The notes: a model not told the origin generated them from the letters alone. Counted from the first letter of the stretch, positions 40,393 through 49,967 are shown. The stretch: 64,000 nt of DNA from an uncultured virus (IMG/VR IMGVR_UViG_3300027771_000010) (IMGVR_UViG_3300027771_000010), one strand, 5' to 3'. A program made the numbers and translations.

Positions 40393-40816
40393 TGTCCCAT
40401 GGACATACAATAATAAAGTAGTCACAGAGATTCCAGAAGGCGTTGAAGGATTTGTATACTTAATTACAAATACTACTAACGACCGCAAGTACATAGGTAA
40501 GAAGTTAGCAAGGTTTAAAACAACTAAACCACCGCTTAAAGGAAGAAAGAATAAAAGACGAGGCACTAAAGAAAGTGATTGGGAAACCTATTGGGGTTCT
40601 TCAGATCATTTGAATGCTGACATCTTAACACTAGGTGAAAACAAGTTCACTAGACAAATTTTACACTACTGTCCTAGCCGAGGAGTATTAAGTTACTTAG
40701 AAGCAAAGGAACAGTTCGACCGTAGAGTATTAGAATCCGATGAATACTACAACGGCATTATTAACGTAAGAGTAGGTAGCTCACGCATTTTGACAGAACA
40801 TCTTAAGAATGGTTGA
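40367..40816 (+). CDS. GIY-YIG family nuclease
   Basis: GFVYLITN...RKYIGKK, YWGSS, E..E, YYN. Confidence 0.85.
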   Translation: MSGTKKKSNVPWTYNNKVVTEIPEGVEGFVYLITNTTNDRKYIGKKLARFKTTKPPLKGRKNKRRGTKESDWETYWGSSDHLNADILTLGENKFTRQILHYCPSRGVLSYLEAKEQFDRRVLESDEYYNGIINVRVGSSRILTEHLKNG

Positions 40817-40841
40817 CAACACAGTACTCTTCTGTTATAGT
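40813..40841 (+). promoter_or_regulatory. Sigma70-type promoter firing into the non-coding region
   Basis: TTGACA-17 nt-TATAGT with extended -10 TG. Confidence 0.7.
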
Positions 40842-40914
40842 AAAAACAAGAAATAAGGTTTTGACCTTGTTTGAAGCTGATTATTAAAACAATGTATAAT
40901 TAGTGTATATAACA

Positions 40915-41320
40915 ACTCCCTCGGGACCGTATGTTACCCAGACACAAAGTCACGCAAATACCGGCACAACAACTTAAAACATTATAGGCTAACATAGGCA
41001 CTGAGGCTCAGTTTGGTCGAGACAGCTCGACTCACCTTGAGGTTACATTTAACGTGTGGCTGGATACTGGTGTGCCAACAACGTCAATACACTGATTTGA
41101 CAAATCAAAATGATCAAGCTCTACGAACGCTCGTAACTTGAGGATAGTCCGGAAGTCGATACTATGGCAAAGGATGTTTCTGCGTTAATAAAGCAGTATG
41201 TAATAAGGGTACAGCATAACCGCCCTTCCTAGGTGTTAAACTAGGTTTACTATAGTACTTGTGGGTGGACTTCTATGTGAAGTTTTTTTTACACTTGGCC
41301 CTATACAGGCTAAGTGTGAA
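40915..41320 (+). ncRNA. Candidate large structured non-coding RNA, family unknown
   Basis: No ORF of 60 aa or more; about ten consecutive stem-loops; upstream promoter; hairpin plus T8 tract at 41269-41290. Confidence 0.5.
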
Positions 41321-41509
41321 TAAAATATCTTGTGAAGTAACCATTATATAAATAACATAGAGTAAGATATAAAAAAATTGTTTATGTCTAATACAGTTAA
41401 ACACTTTAACTTAGCGTAAGCAATAAACAGTGAACATAGCGTTAGCTATGTGATACTGATGATGTCGTAAGACATCGATAACAATAACATACAGTAGATA
41501 ACAATATAA

Positions 41510-41956
41510 ATGACATATTCCGACTTTATTACCAAGTTCTTAGAATGGAGTGAAACTTCCATAGAATCTAAGCAGGACTCTGGCTTTCCAGTTTGTCCAT
41601 ATGCACGTAAAGCAAGACTCCAACAAAAAATACAATTCATTGATGCTCGTGAAGACTTAACGCAACTTAATACGTTTGACCGAGATACATTTGAAATTGG
41701 TATTGCGTGGTTGGGTGATATAGATAATATAGACCCTGTAGAAAAATTCTGCGAAGAAGCTATGCTTGCTAATCCTGATCTATTATACTTTACTAGTACA
41801 CGTAGTAGTGGACACTTTGTAAAGAACTTTACTGACTGTGTGTTTATTCAATTAAAGGGTGATATACTTACAAAACGTAAGCATCTAAAAACAACAGGCT
41901 ATTATAGCGATTGGCCTGCGGATTACTATAAAGCAATTACCGGCGAGCAGCTCTAG
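41510..41956 (+). CDS. Hypothetical protein (CPYA motif, DUF1415-like)
   Basis: GFPVCPYARKA...FIQ...L...GYY..W. Confidence 0.7.
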   Translation: MTYSDFITKFLEWSETSIESKQDSGFPVCPYARKARLQQKIQFIDAREDLTQLNTFDRDTFEIGIAWLGDIDNIDPVEKFCEEAMLANPDLLYFTSTRSSGHFVKNFTDCVFIQLKGDILTKRKHLKTTGYYSDWPADYYKAITGEQL

Positions 41957-42167
41957 CATTGTTTTTGTTGATTTCTTCAACTCTGTGATTCATTCTCTCA
42001 ATTAACAATTTAATACTGTCAACTGGCATACCCATGATGTCTTTGTAACCAATCGTACCTTCACTACGTATAACTATATCTAAATAATTACTTTCAGCAG
42101 TTTCCATGTCTTTTTGATAACGTTCTACTATTCTAAGTATTTCTTCGGGTTGACGAGAAGATATCAA
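41937..42167 (-). CDS. gp51-like hub-assembly segment, probably translated as the -1 frameshift extension of the gp26-like gene
   Basis: Nominal TTG start has no properly spaced RBS; open in the -1 frame from slippery site A_AAT_TTT_TTC. Confidence 0.6.
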   Translation of the reverse strand: MISSRQPEEILRIVERYQKDMETAESNYLDIVIRSEGTIGYKDIMGMPVDSIKLLIERMNHRVEEINKNNARAARR

Positions 42168-42994
42168 CCCTCGAAAAAATTTGCAATGTCTAAATCAACA
42201 GCAGTTTTCCACGTGTGAGCACAGTCCTGACAAGATGCATTAAACTTAGTTTCTAATCCGCTTTCACTTAGTTTTTCTATCTTGTCTTTAATAACATCAT
42301 AGTCTTGTCTAGTTATAGACTGCAACCATTCACCTATTAGTTCCTTGTCTGTTATTTGATCTGTATCTTTAGCCTGTACACTTACAATACTATTAGTAAT
42401 TAGTTTTACAGTTAACTCAGCAATTTCTACAAACGTTTTTCCGAACAATTCTTGCCTTCCAGCGTCATCTAGTTTCTCGTCTGCTAGTCCTTGAATCATC
42501 TTATTTTGTTTAATTTGCTGTATCTGTAATACAGTTCTATCACGTAGCGTGTATGGTAAACAGTCTATCTTGAATCCATTTGCTAACGTAACATGTGTTG
42601 TTTCTTTGCTTGTATCCATGTTAGATAACATAATAGATGCATCAATAGTTAACTGATTATCAAAATTACACTCTGGGCATTTGATGTCTACATCAATATT
42701 TTTTCCATAACTTGCTTGTCTAATGCCGACTAAAATTACAAGTAAATCGCCAACTGGCATAGACTCTGGGTCTGTAATGTCAGGGCAACAACTTTGAATT
42801 AAACTTACTGTGGCTTCTCCGTTAAACAAAGCGTCTGGGTTCTTAGAAATGAGTTCGTCCCTTGCTGTCATTGCGTAAACTGCTAGTTCATTGTCTATAC
42901 TGAGTTTTGGTTTAGTTTTGTAAAACTTACCGCCACTTGGCAAAGCAATATATAACGCTGGTTTACGATATGCCTCAATTAATGGGTTTGTCAT
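42164..42994 (-). CDS. gp26: Baseplate hub assembly chaperone, T4 gp26-like
   Basis: MTNPL..Y..LPSGG.FY..MTARDE..IR.ASYG..CPEC..CQDC..D.ANFF; AGGAGA RBS before ATG 42994. Confidence 0.75.
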   Translation of the reverse strand: MTNPLIEAYRKPALYIALPSGGKFYKTKPKLSIDNELAVYAMTARDELISKNPDALFNGEATVSLIQSCCPDITDPESMPVGDLLVILVGIRQASYGKNIDVDIKCPECNFDNQLTIDASIMLSNMDTSKETTHVTLANGFKIDCLPYTLRDRTVLQIQQIKQNKMIQGLADEKLDDAGRQELFGKTFVEIAELTVKLITNSIVSVQAKDTDQITDKELIGEWLQSITRQDYDVIKDKIEKLSESGLETKFNASCQDCAHTWKTAVDLDIANFFEG

Positions 42995-43092
42995 TTGTGT
43001 TTTTTCTCCTATTATATACATATATTATGAATAGCATAAATACTGTATAATACAATAGTATTTATCATAGTTAAAACATCGGTTAATTTACA

Positions 43093-45039
43093 ATGGCAGC
43101 AGACATGCAACAATATTTTGCAACACTCTTAAAACAGTATCCTTGGGCTACTGAGGATACACTAGATCAGGTTAACGCTAACCTAACTGGTGTTCGTATT
43201 ACTATAGGCCAGATATCCGCAGTTTTAGCTGGTGGTGATGCTATATCACGAGCAAAAATTGCAACACGTAGAGCAGACTCAGCATCAAAGAAAGCTAGTT
43301 TGTCTGAAAACGCAGTAGCAGAAGCAGGTAAAATTTCTAATAGTGCAATAAAATCAATCACAAGTGGATCAAGTCCTGCAAACGCTATTGCAGATATGTC
43401 ACACGAAGTAGCTAAGTTACTTTATAATGCTGGTGTTGGTATAGGAAACTTAACAGGACCGGTTAGAGGTAAAGCCGCTGCGGTAGCTACTGTAGTTGGT
43501 AAAGGCAGTAAAATGCTATTGTACGGAGCTGTGGCTGCAACAGGCGTAGGAACTGTGTACGCAAAGTTACTAAGCGAACAAGAAAAGTATTCAAGAGCAT
43601 TAATTGAATTTGGTAGTATTGCAGGCGACATTGATATGTATACTACATTACGAGCAAGCATTAGAAGTCTTGGAATGGGCTTTAAAGAATTTGCAGAAAT
43701 AGGTGATGCAGCAAAACCATTTTTGGTGTCAGCTGGTGGTGATGTATTAAAAGGTCAATATAAACTTGCAGAATTTATAAACTCAATAGATAAACACAAA
43801 CTGTTTAACGACTACGGAATGTCAGTACAAGATCAAGCTAGAGCTATTACACAAGAAACTGAAGCACTATACCAGTTAGGCCAAATAGAAGAAGTTAATG
43901 CAATGACACAACAAAGAGTTATGAAAAGTTTTGAAAGTGCAAATCAACTTGCACTGTTTACAGGTAATTCACTTGGTATGCAACGAATGGAAGCATTAAA
44001 GTTAAGAGAGCAAGCACGTACAAATGAAGACTTTACAGGTGCTATTATACAGAATGCAGATTATATAGCAAAAGAATTAGGTGCGGCTGCCCAACAAAAC
44101 ATTATTGATACAGTAGGATTCATGGCAGTAATTAACGGCGGAACCATGGGTGATGAGTTTATGGAACAGTTTAACAGAGACGTAACTGGTACATTATCTG
44201 ATATCTCGTATGATCAATCAGCAGCAAATAATATGAACTCTGAATACTATGCAAAGCTACAAGCCATAGGGCCAGAAGTAGCAGCCACTTATCTTAAATT
44301 AGTTGAAGATACTTCAACCGGTAAAATTGTTGGCGAAAAGATGGCAGTTGATAGACAGAGAGAATTGTTGAATATGATTAGAAATGCAGACATAAAAATT
44401 GGTAGAGACCCAATGCTACAGGAAGCTAATAAGCTAATAGCACAGGCTCAACTTATTCCTAAATCATATTATAATGCAGACTCTGATAATTTAATATCAA
44501 GTAGCTATTATCAGAGAATGATTGATAGTTCAGATAATTCAATTGATGTTATAGATAACTTCGCAGTTACATTTCAAAACATACAAGAATTAATTACACC
44601 AGGATTTGAAACTACTGGAAAGAGTTTTGAGTTTCTAGCAAAGGGCATATTAAAATTTGGTGGAGCAATCAGTAAATTTGTTGGACAAGATTCATCATTT
44701 AAAGCTGAACTAGAAAAAGAACAAAAAGAAAATAGACAAGCAGTATTAACAATGGTAACCGCAGGTAATGTTGACAGTTCGATACAACAGGTTATAATAA
44801 GGCTAGATGAGATAAAAGCACAGCAAGAGACATTAGCTGAGTTTGAAGAAAATCCATGGGAAGCAGGAGAGGATGGAGAAAAGGTGTATGGTGATTTAAC
44901 TGAAATTGAACAAAGAAATATTGACTTTAAACAAGAACAAATGGAAGATGAGCTCCTTGAGCTTCAGAAGTTTAAAACAGGCTTACTAAAGAAGAAAGCA
45001 GAATTCAAACAAAAAGACAATGGGAATAGGGGACGTTAA
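43093..45039 (+). CDS. Tape-measure-like protein 1
   Basis: Long helical Ala/Gly/Met/Gln-rich protein; PWATEDTL near the N-terminus; lies between gp26 and portal. Confidence 0.6.
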   Translation: MAADMQQYFATLLKQYPWATEDTLDQVNANLTGVRITIGQISAVLAGGDAISRAKIATRRADSASKKASLSENAVAEAGKISNSAIKSITSGSSPANAIADMSHEVAKLLYNAGVGIGNLTGPVRGKAAAVATVVGKGSKMLLYGAVAATGVGTVYAKLLSEQEKYSRALIEFGSIAGDIDMYTTLRASIRSLGMGFKEFAEIGDAAKPFLVSAGGDVLKGQYKLAEFINSIDKHKLFNDYGMSVQDQARAITQETEALYQLGQIEEVNAMTQQRVMKSFESANQLALFTGNSLGMQRMEALKLREQARTNEDFTGAIIQNADYIAKELGAAAQQNIIDTVGFMAVINGGTMGDEFMEQFNRDVTGTLSDISYDQSAANNMNSEYYAKLQAIGPEVAATYLKLVEDTSTGKIVGEKMAVDRQRELLNMIRNADIKIGRDPMLQEANKLIAQAQLIPKSYYNADSDNLISSSYYQRMIDSSDNSIDVIDNFAVTFQNIQELITPGFETTGKSFEFLAKGILKFGGAISKFVGQDSSFKAELEKEQKENRQAVLTMVTAGNVDSSIQQVIIRLDEIKAQQETLAEFEENPWEAGEDGEKVYGDLTEIEQRNIDFKQEQMEDELLELQKFKTGLLKKKAEFKQKDNGNRGR

Positions 45040-47034
45040 ATGGCTAAAAAGAATCAAATACCTTTACCAGACGGAACAGCAGTAGACTTACCTGCGTGGG
45101 CTAGCGAAACAACTCTAGTAGCAATGGCGCAACAGTTACAGCGTACAAATGTACTAACTGATACAATGCTAGGCGGAGTCAAAGAACTTAAACATTTCGA
45201 TAAGAAAAGTTTGGAGGCAATTACTAAAACCATCAAGGGTGTTGACTCAAACGCAGTGGCAAATGCTGATCAAGCTAAAGATAAAAAGAACGTAATCGTA
45301 GGTGCAGCCGGAGCGGTCGCTAAGACAGCTAACTTCTTTGGTGATGCAGAAAAGCCGTTGTCAAGTATGGTCGGCGCAGTAAATGAGTTAGTAAACAAAG
45401 TAAAAGGACCCGGTGGCAAAGATGGTTTATCACAATTAACTAAAACGTTTCCGGTATTTAATGGATTTATGAGTAAATTCGGCGGAGCATTAAATGTTGC
45501 TTCTGATGTTGTACTTGCACTTGCAGGTTGGAACGCTGCAAAGTTTGAACAGTTTGCAGAAGTACAGAAAAAGATGATTGATAGTGGTGCTATATTTTAT
45601 AGCAGCGCCGGAGCATTTGACGAGTTATATTCTCAAAGTTTTAAAGCTGGTATAACATATAATGCATTCTCAGATACAATTCAAAACTTTGGTGGAACAA
45701 TGACAGCACTGGGCGGAGACGTATCAATGGGTAGTAAACAATTTCTTGGCATGTTCAAGTCACTTTCGGATGCAACAAACAGCTTAGGCGACCTGGGTAT
45801 GAAAAATACAGAGCTAATGAATTCGTATGCGGCATATATTGAAACTCAACGTTTGGGTGGTGTAATAAGCACTGGCGTAGCAAACCAAGGTGCTAATTTA
45901 GAAAAAGGTTTCCAAGACTTAGTTGTTGAAGCAACATCGATGGCTAGTTTAACTGCATTAAACAGAGGCGACATATTGCAAAGACAAATGGCAGCAGTCA
46001 GCGATACGTTTGCAGCAGCCGGCTTACAGAATTTAAGAGAAGGTGGGATGCACAAACAAGCGGCCGTTGCAGAAAGTTTCTTACAGCAATTGTCTTTAAT
46101 TAAGGACCAGGGACAAGGGTCAGAATATATGGAACGATTAGCTGAGGCAATGAATGTAAACATTAATCAGTTTTCTGGAGACATTTCTAAATTTGATATA
46201 AGAACTACTATGTCAGCTGAAGACAAAGGCGCATTTGAACAGGTAATGAAAGACGGATTCTTTGATCGCATTAATGACAAAATACGCACTGGAAATATGT
46301 CAGCAGAAGAAGCAAGTAACTTCTTGCTAAAAGAATTCCAACAAATGGATACAAAAAAGTATGCCACAGCAGGTGCAGGAGCCAACACAATCATGGCAGG
46401 CGTTAATGCAATACAAAACAGTGGCATTCAAATTAAGAAGAACATGGGACAATACATAAATCTATCTGTTAAAGAGCTAGCCGCACTTGACAAAGAAACT
46501 AGACTTAAATTAGAACAAAGTGGAACTACAATAGAAGCTATGAACGATATGGCAAAGATATTTCTATCAGCACAAAACGCAATTACATTACCAATAAATA
46601 GATTATCAACTAGTTTAGAGGCTACATCAGAATGGTTTGCAAAGAACTCTGAAAAAGTAAAAAATGGTGCATTAAAATTGTTCGGAAACGCTACTATAGA
46701 AGACGGTGGTCCAACAACAACTACAGAACCAGGTGAAATTGACTTTATACCAGCAGACGCAAAGATAGCAAGTGGAACCGGTAGTAGTAATGTTGAAGCT
46801 ATATTAGACAATCCAGCTACATTGTCAAATGTTCAGGAGAAGGTAAGTCTAACTAACAGGTTGACACAGCGTAAGAAAGATGTTACAATACAAAGTGGAA
46901 GTCGAAATAAAGACTTCATTACGAAACAAATTAGGTTATTGGAAGAGCAAATTGCATATTTGAGCCAGGAAATTAAAGCAGATGAAGATAAGGCAATGGC
47001 TGAACTTGCAGAGAAGAAAAGAGGTCATCATTAA
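45040..47034 (+). CDS. Tape-measure-like protein 2
   Basis: Helical, PAWASETTL near the N-terminus; similar size and layout to 43093-45039. Confidence 0.6.
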   Translation: MAKKNQIPLPDGTAVDLPAWASETTLVAMAQQLQRTNVLTDTMLGGVKELKHFDKKSLEAITKTIKGVDSNAVANADQAKDKKNVIVGAAGAVAKTANFFGDAEKPLSSMVGAVNELVNKVKGPGGKDGLSQLTKTFPVFNGFMSKFGGALNVASDVVLALAGWNAAKFEQFAEVQKKMIDSGAIFYSSAGAFDELYSQSFKAGITYNAFSDTIQNFGGTMTALGGDVSMGSKQFLGMFKSLSDATNSLGDLGMKNTELMNSYAAYIETQRLGGVISTGVANQGANLEKGFQDLVVEATSMASLTALNRGDILQRQMAAVSDTFAAAGLQNLREGGMHKQAAVAESFLQQLSLIKDQGQGSEYMERLAEAMNVNINQFSGDISKFDIRTTMSAEDKGAFEQVMKDGFFDRINDKIRTGNMSAEEASNFLLKEFQQMDTKKYATAGAGANTIMAGVNAIQNSGIQIKKNMGQYINLSVKELAALDKETRLKLEQSGTTIEAMNDMAKIFLSAQNAITLPINRLSTSLEATSEWFAKNSEKVKNGALKLFGNATIEDGGPTTTTEPGEIDFIPADAKIASGTGSSNVEAILDNPATLSNVQEKVSLTNRLTQRKKDVTIQSGSRNKDFITKQIRLLEEQIAYLSQEIKADEDKAMAELAEKKRGHH

Positions 47035-47093
47035 AGATGATAAACAGTATTAAGTTAAGTCATAAATATAACTATATAAAGGCAAGGTAAACT

Positions 47094-48755
47094 ATGAGTT
47101 GGAAAAAACACTTTACAAGATATAATGTCAATGACGGCACTAGCGGATCGGCTAATACAAGTCGCTGGCAAAGTTGGCTTCCAGAAGTATATTCAGGACA
47201 GCCTAACAGAGTTGAACGCTATACACAATATGATCAAATGGATCAAGACAGTGAAATTAATGCGGCACTAGATACTATTGCTGAATTTAGTACACAGCTA
47301 CATCCAGAATCAGCTATTCCTTTTGAAATTAAATATAAAACAGAACCTACAGATTCAGAAGTTGGTGCAATTGAAACTGCATTAAGACAGTGGGTTAGTA
47401 TTAACGACTTTGAACGTAGAATATTTACTATGTTCAGATCATGTATTAAGTATGGAGATCAGTTTTTTATTAGAGATCCAGAAACATATAAACTTATATG
47501 GGTACAGCCAGGTGACGTTGCAAAAGCTATTGTAAACGAATCAGAAGGCAGAGAAATTGATCAGTACGTTATTAAGAACATTGCACTTAACTTAGAAATG
47601 CTAGTAGCAACAGATACAAAGAAACATGCAGACTCTACAGCCGTTAATCCAACTACCGGTTATACAGTGGGCAAAGGTAACAGTGGAGTTGTTAATGCTA
47701 ATAACTCAAGTGGTGTTAATAACGAGTATGCAGTAGATGCTAAGAACGTTGTTCACGTTAGTTTATCAGATGGAATGAACAGTAACTGGCCTTTTGGTAA
47801 CAGCATATTAGAATCAGTATTTAAAGTATACAAACAAAAAGAATTATTAGAAGATAGTATTATTATCTATCGTGTACAAAGAGCACCAGAAAGACGTGTG
47901 TTCTATATTGACGTAGGTAACATGCCAGCACACAAAGCAATGGGCTTTGTTGAAAGAGTTAAAAACGAAGTACACCAAACACGTATTCCAAATATGAGTG
48001 GTGGTGGTACTAAAGTTGTTGATGCGGCTTATAACCCGTTATCAATAATGGAAGATTACTTCTTTGCTCAAACAGCTGAAGGACGTGGATCCAAAGTTGA
48101 AGTATTACCGGGTGGTGAAAACCTAGGTGAGATTGATGATTTAAAGTACTTTAACAACAAACTTATGCGTGGACTACGTGTACCAACATCGTACCTTCCT
48201 ACAGGAAGTGAAGACGGTATTGCGGCATTTAACGATGGACGTATAGGTACAGCAATGATACAAGAATTTAGATTTGCAAAGTATTGTGAACGATTACAAC
48301 TTACAGTACAGCCTACACTAGACAAAGAATTTAAAATGTTTTGTAAGCACAGAGGCATTGAAGTAAGTGCCAGCTTATTTGATTTACAATTTACAGAACC
48401 ACAAAGTTTCTCACAATACAGAACGATTGAGATTGACGCACAGAGAGCTACACTATTTGGTCAGCTTGAAGGTGTTCCATATCTATCTAGAAGATTCATA
48501 CTTGATAGGTACTTAGGTCTTAATGAAGAAGAAATGGTTGAGAACGATAGACTGTGGAAAGAAGAAAACGAAGTAGGCAATATGCCGAACAGTACAGCAA
48601 CAGGCGACTTAGGCTCATTGGGTATAAGAGGATCCGATGTAGAGAGTTTCCAACCAACTGACGTTGATGCAGAAAATGCACCAGACGACTTGGGCGGTGG
48701 AGAAGCAGGACCTGAGTTAAATGATGATATGGGAGCAACTAGCGATGAGGTTTAA
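47094..48755 (+). CDS. gp20: Portal protein, T4 gp20-like
   Basis: Y..MD.D.EI..ALD.IA; LEDS.IIYR..RAPERRVFYIDVGNMP..KA; MEDYF..EGRGS.V..LPGGENLG.IDD..YF..KL...L.VP; CATAAATA at 47061. Confidence 0.97.
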   Translation: MSWKKHFTRYNVNDGTSGSANTSRWQSWLPEVYSGQPNRVERYTQYDQMDQDSEINAALDTIAEFSTQLHPESAIPFEIKYKTEPTDSEVGAIETALRQWVSINDFERRIFTMFRSCIKYGDQFFIRDPETYKLIWVQPGDVAKAIVNESEGREIDQYVIKNIALNLEMLVATDTKKHADSTAVNPTTGYTVGKGNSGVVNANNSSGVNNEYAVDAKNVVHVSLSDGMNSNWPFGNSILESVFKVYKQKELLEDSIIIYRVQRAPERRVFYIDVGNMPAHKAMGFVERVKNEVHQTRIPNMSGGGTKVVDAAYNPLSIMEDYFFAQTAEGRGSKVEVLPGGENLGEIDDLKYFNNKLMRGLRVPTSYLPTGSEDGIAAFNDGRIGTAMIQEFRFAKYCERLQLTVQPTLDKEFKMFCKHRGIEVSASLFDLQFTEPQSFSQYRTIEIDAQRATLFGQLEGVPYLSRRFILDRYLGLNEEEMVENDRLWKEENEVGNMPNSTATGDLGSLGIRGSDVESFQPTDVDAENAPDDLGGGEAGPELNDDMGATSDEV

Positions 48756-48942
48756 TGAACTGGCACAAAGTGCCGAAGAAGATAACTTTAACAAATGGGA
48801 CATTGACGACACCCGCAGACCACGGTTAACGTTGAAGCATCTCAATAAAATGAGAAACAGACGTGAACTAGCTAGAGCAGAGCACACTTCTAAAGTAGAA
48901 GACGTACAATTACAGTATGGTGCAAGTCAAGACGCAGAATAG
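48745..48942 (+). CDS. Small head-module protein (65 aa, MRFNEL...)
   Basis: DTRRPRLTL.HLNK.R..R..QYG; lies between portal and core genes. Confidence 0.7.
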   Translation: MRFNELAQSAEEDNFNKWDIDDTRRPRLTLKHLNKMRNRRELARAEHTSKVEDVQLQYGASQDAE

Positions 48943-49095
48943 ATAAATAACATTATAATAAGTTATAATACAGCGAATATTGCTCAATAACTACCGTGGC
49001 GAACCAAAACCGCGGTTTTTTCTGTATTAAGTATTGGTTAAGGGTAAGAACTCTTAAATACATGTGTTATAACCTCGATAAAGGAGAAATGTCAA

Positions 49096-49965
49096 ATGAG
49101 TACTCGCGAACGTTATATTAAAGTGATTGAAAGCCTTGTTAATGGCGAAGAAGCAAAAGCTTCGGATTTATTACATGAAGCTTTTGTAGAAAAAGCACGT
49201 GAAATTTGGAACGACCTAGTTGAAGCAGACGAAGTTGTAGAAGATGAAGTAGCGGAAGAAGAACTAGATGAAGCGATCGGCTCAGAAAAAGCTGACGACT
49301 TTATCGACGACATCGAAGAAGATGATGACGAAATTGAAGCTGAAGAAATGTATGGCGAAGCAGAGAGCGACGAAGCTCCAGCTGAAGACATGGCAGAACC
49401 AGAAGCTGAAATGGAATTATCAGATGAAGATGGCGAAATGGATTTCGACGGTGATGGCGAAGAGTCAGAGCACGAAGAAGAACATTCAGAAATTGAAGAT
49501 AAGCTAGTTAACGTCGAAGACGCACTAGAAGATCTTAAAGCAGAATTTGCCAAAATAATGGGCGACGATGAAGCACCAGCAGAAGAGATGCCAGCTATGG
49601 ACATGGAACCAGAAATGGATGACATGGAACCAGAGATGGAAGAAGCATTTTATGAAGATAAAGATGCAGACGCAGATGATTCAGAAGAGCTTGAAGAAGC
49701 AGCAGATTTAACTAAAGTCGGCAAAGACGGCAAAATACATCCAGTTGATATGCCAGCAGGCGATGATGGTAAATCATCACCAACAGCAGGCAAAAACGAC
49801 ATGGGCGGAAAAGCAGTTGATATGTCTAAAAAATCTGAAGGCGGCTCTAACAAAGGTCTAACAGGCGATGCTAAAGCAATGAACGTAACTCACCCAGGTG
49901 ATGGTGCGGCATTAAAAGCAAACCCAGCTGGACACGGCGCTGAGAAAAAAGGCAAGGCTGAATAA
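49096..49965 (+). CDS. Highly acidic prohead core protein (gp67/68-like position)
   Basis: Extremely D/E-rich; AAGGAG RBS; TTAAATA box at 49054-49060. Confidence 0.75.
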   Translation: MSTRERYIKVIESLVNGEEAKASDLLHEAFVEKAREIWNDLVEADEVVEDEVAEEELDEAIGSEKADDFIDDIEEDDDEIEAEEMYGEAESDEAPAEDMAEPEAEMELSDEDGEMDFDGDGEESEHEEEHSEIEDKLVNVEDALEDLKAEFAKIMGDDEAPAEEMPAMDMEPEMDDMEPEMEEAFYEDKDADADDSEELEEAADLTKVGKDGKIHPVDMPAGDDGKSSPTAGKNDMGGKAVDMSKKSEGGSNKGLTGDAKAMNVTHPGDGAALKANPAGHGAEKKGKAE

Positions 49966-49967
49966 TT

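Noticed and set aside
41100..41320. Firm RNase P RNA or tmRNA call
   Set aside because: Only a CR-I-like 13-mer; no clear CR-IV/CR-V and no tRNA-like ends. Kept only as an unassigned ncRNA lead
40367..41340. Group I intron carrying the GIY-YIG gene (GATAGTCC resembles the S element)
   Set aside because: No GACTA partner for P7 upstream and no interrupted gene flanks the region
41457..41482. Hammerhead ribozyme (CTGATGA followed by a stem-loop)
   Set aside because: Stem II is followed by TCGATA, not GAAA, and no stems I/III with an NUH site were found
45037..45042. Stop-codon read-through fusing the two tape-measure-like genes
   Set aside because: In-frame TAA-ATG junctions also occur at gp55/gp47 and gp21/gp22, and an SD-like AGGGG precedes the ATG, so this is ordinary packing
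48993..49021. Terminator ACCGTGG/CCGCGGT plus T-tract inside the head module
   Set aside because: Plausible but weak (10-nt loop, short tract) and followed by a fresh late promoter; not enough to call
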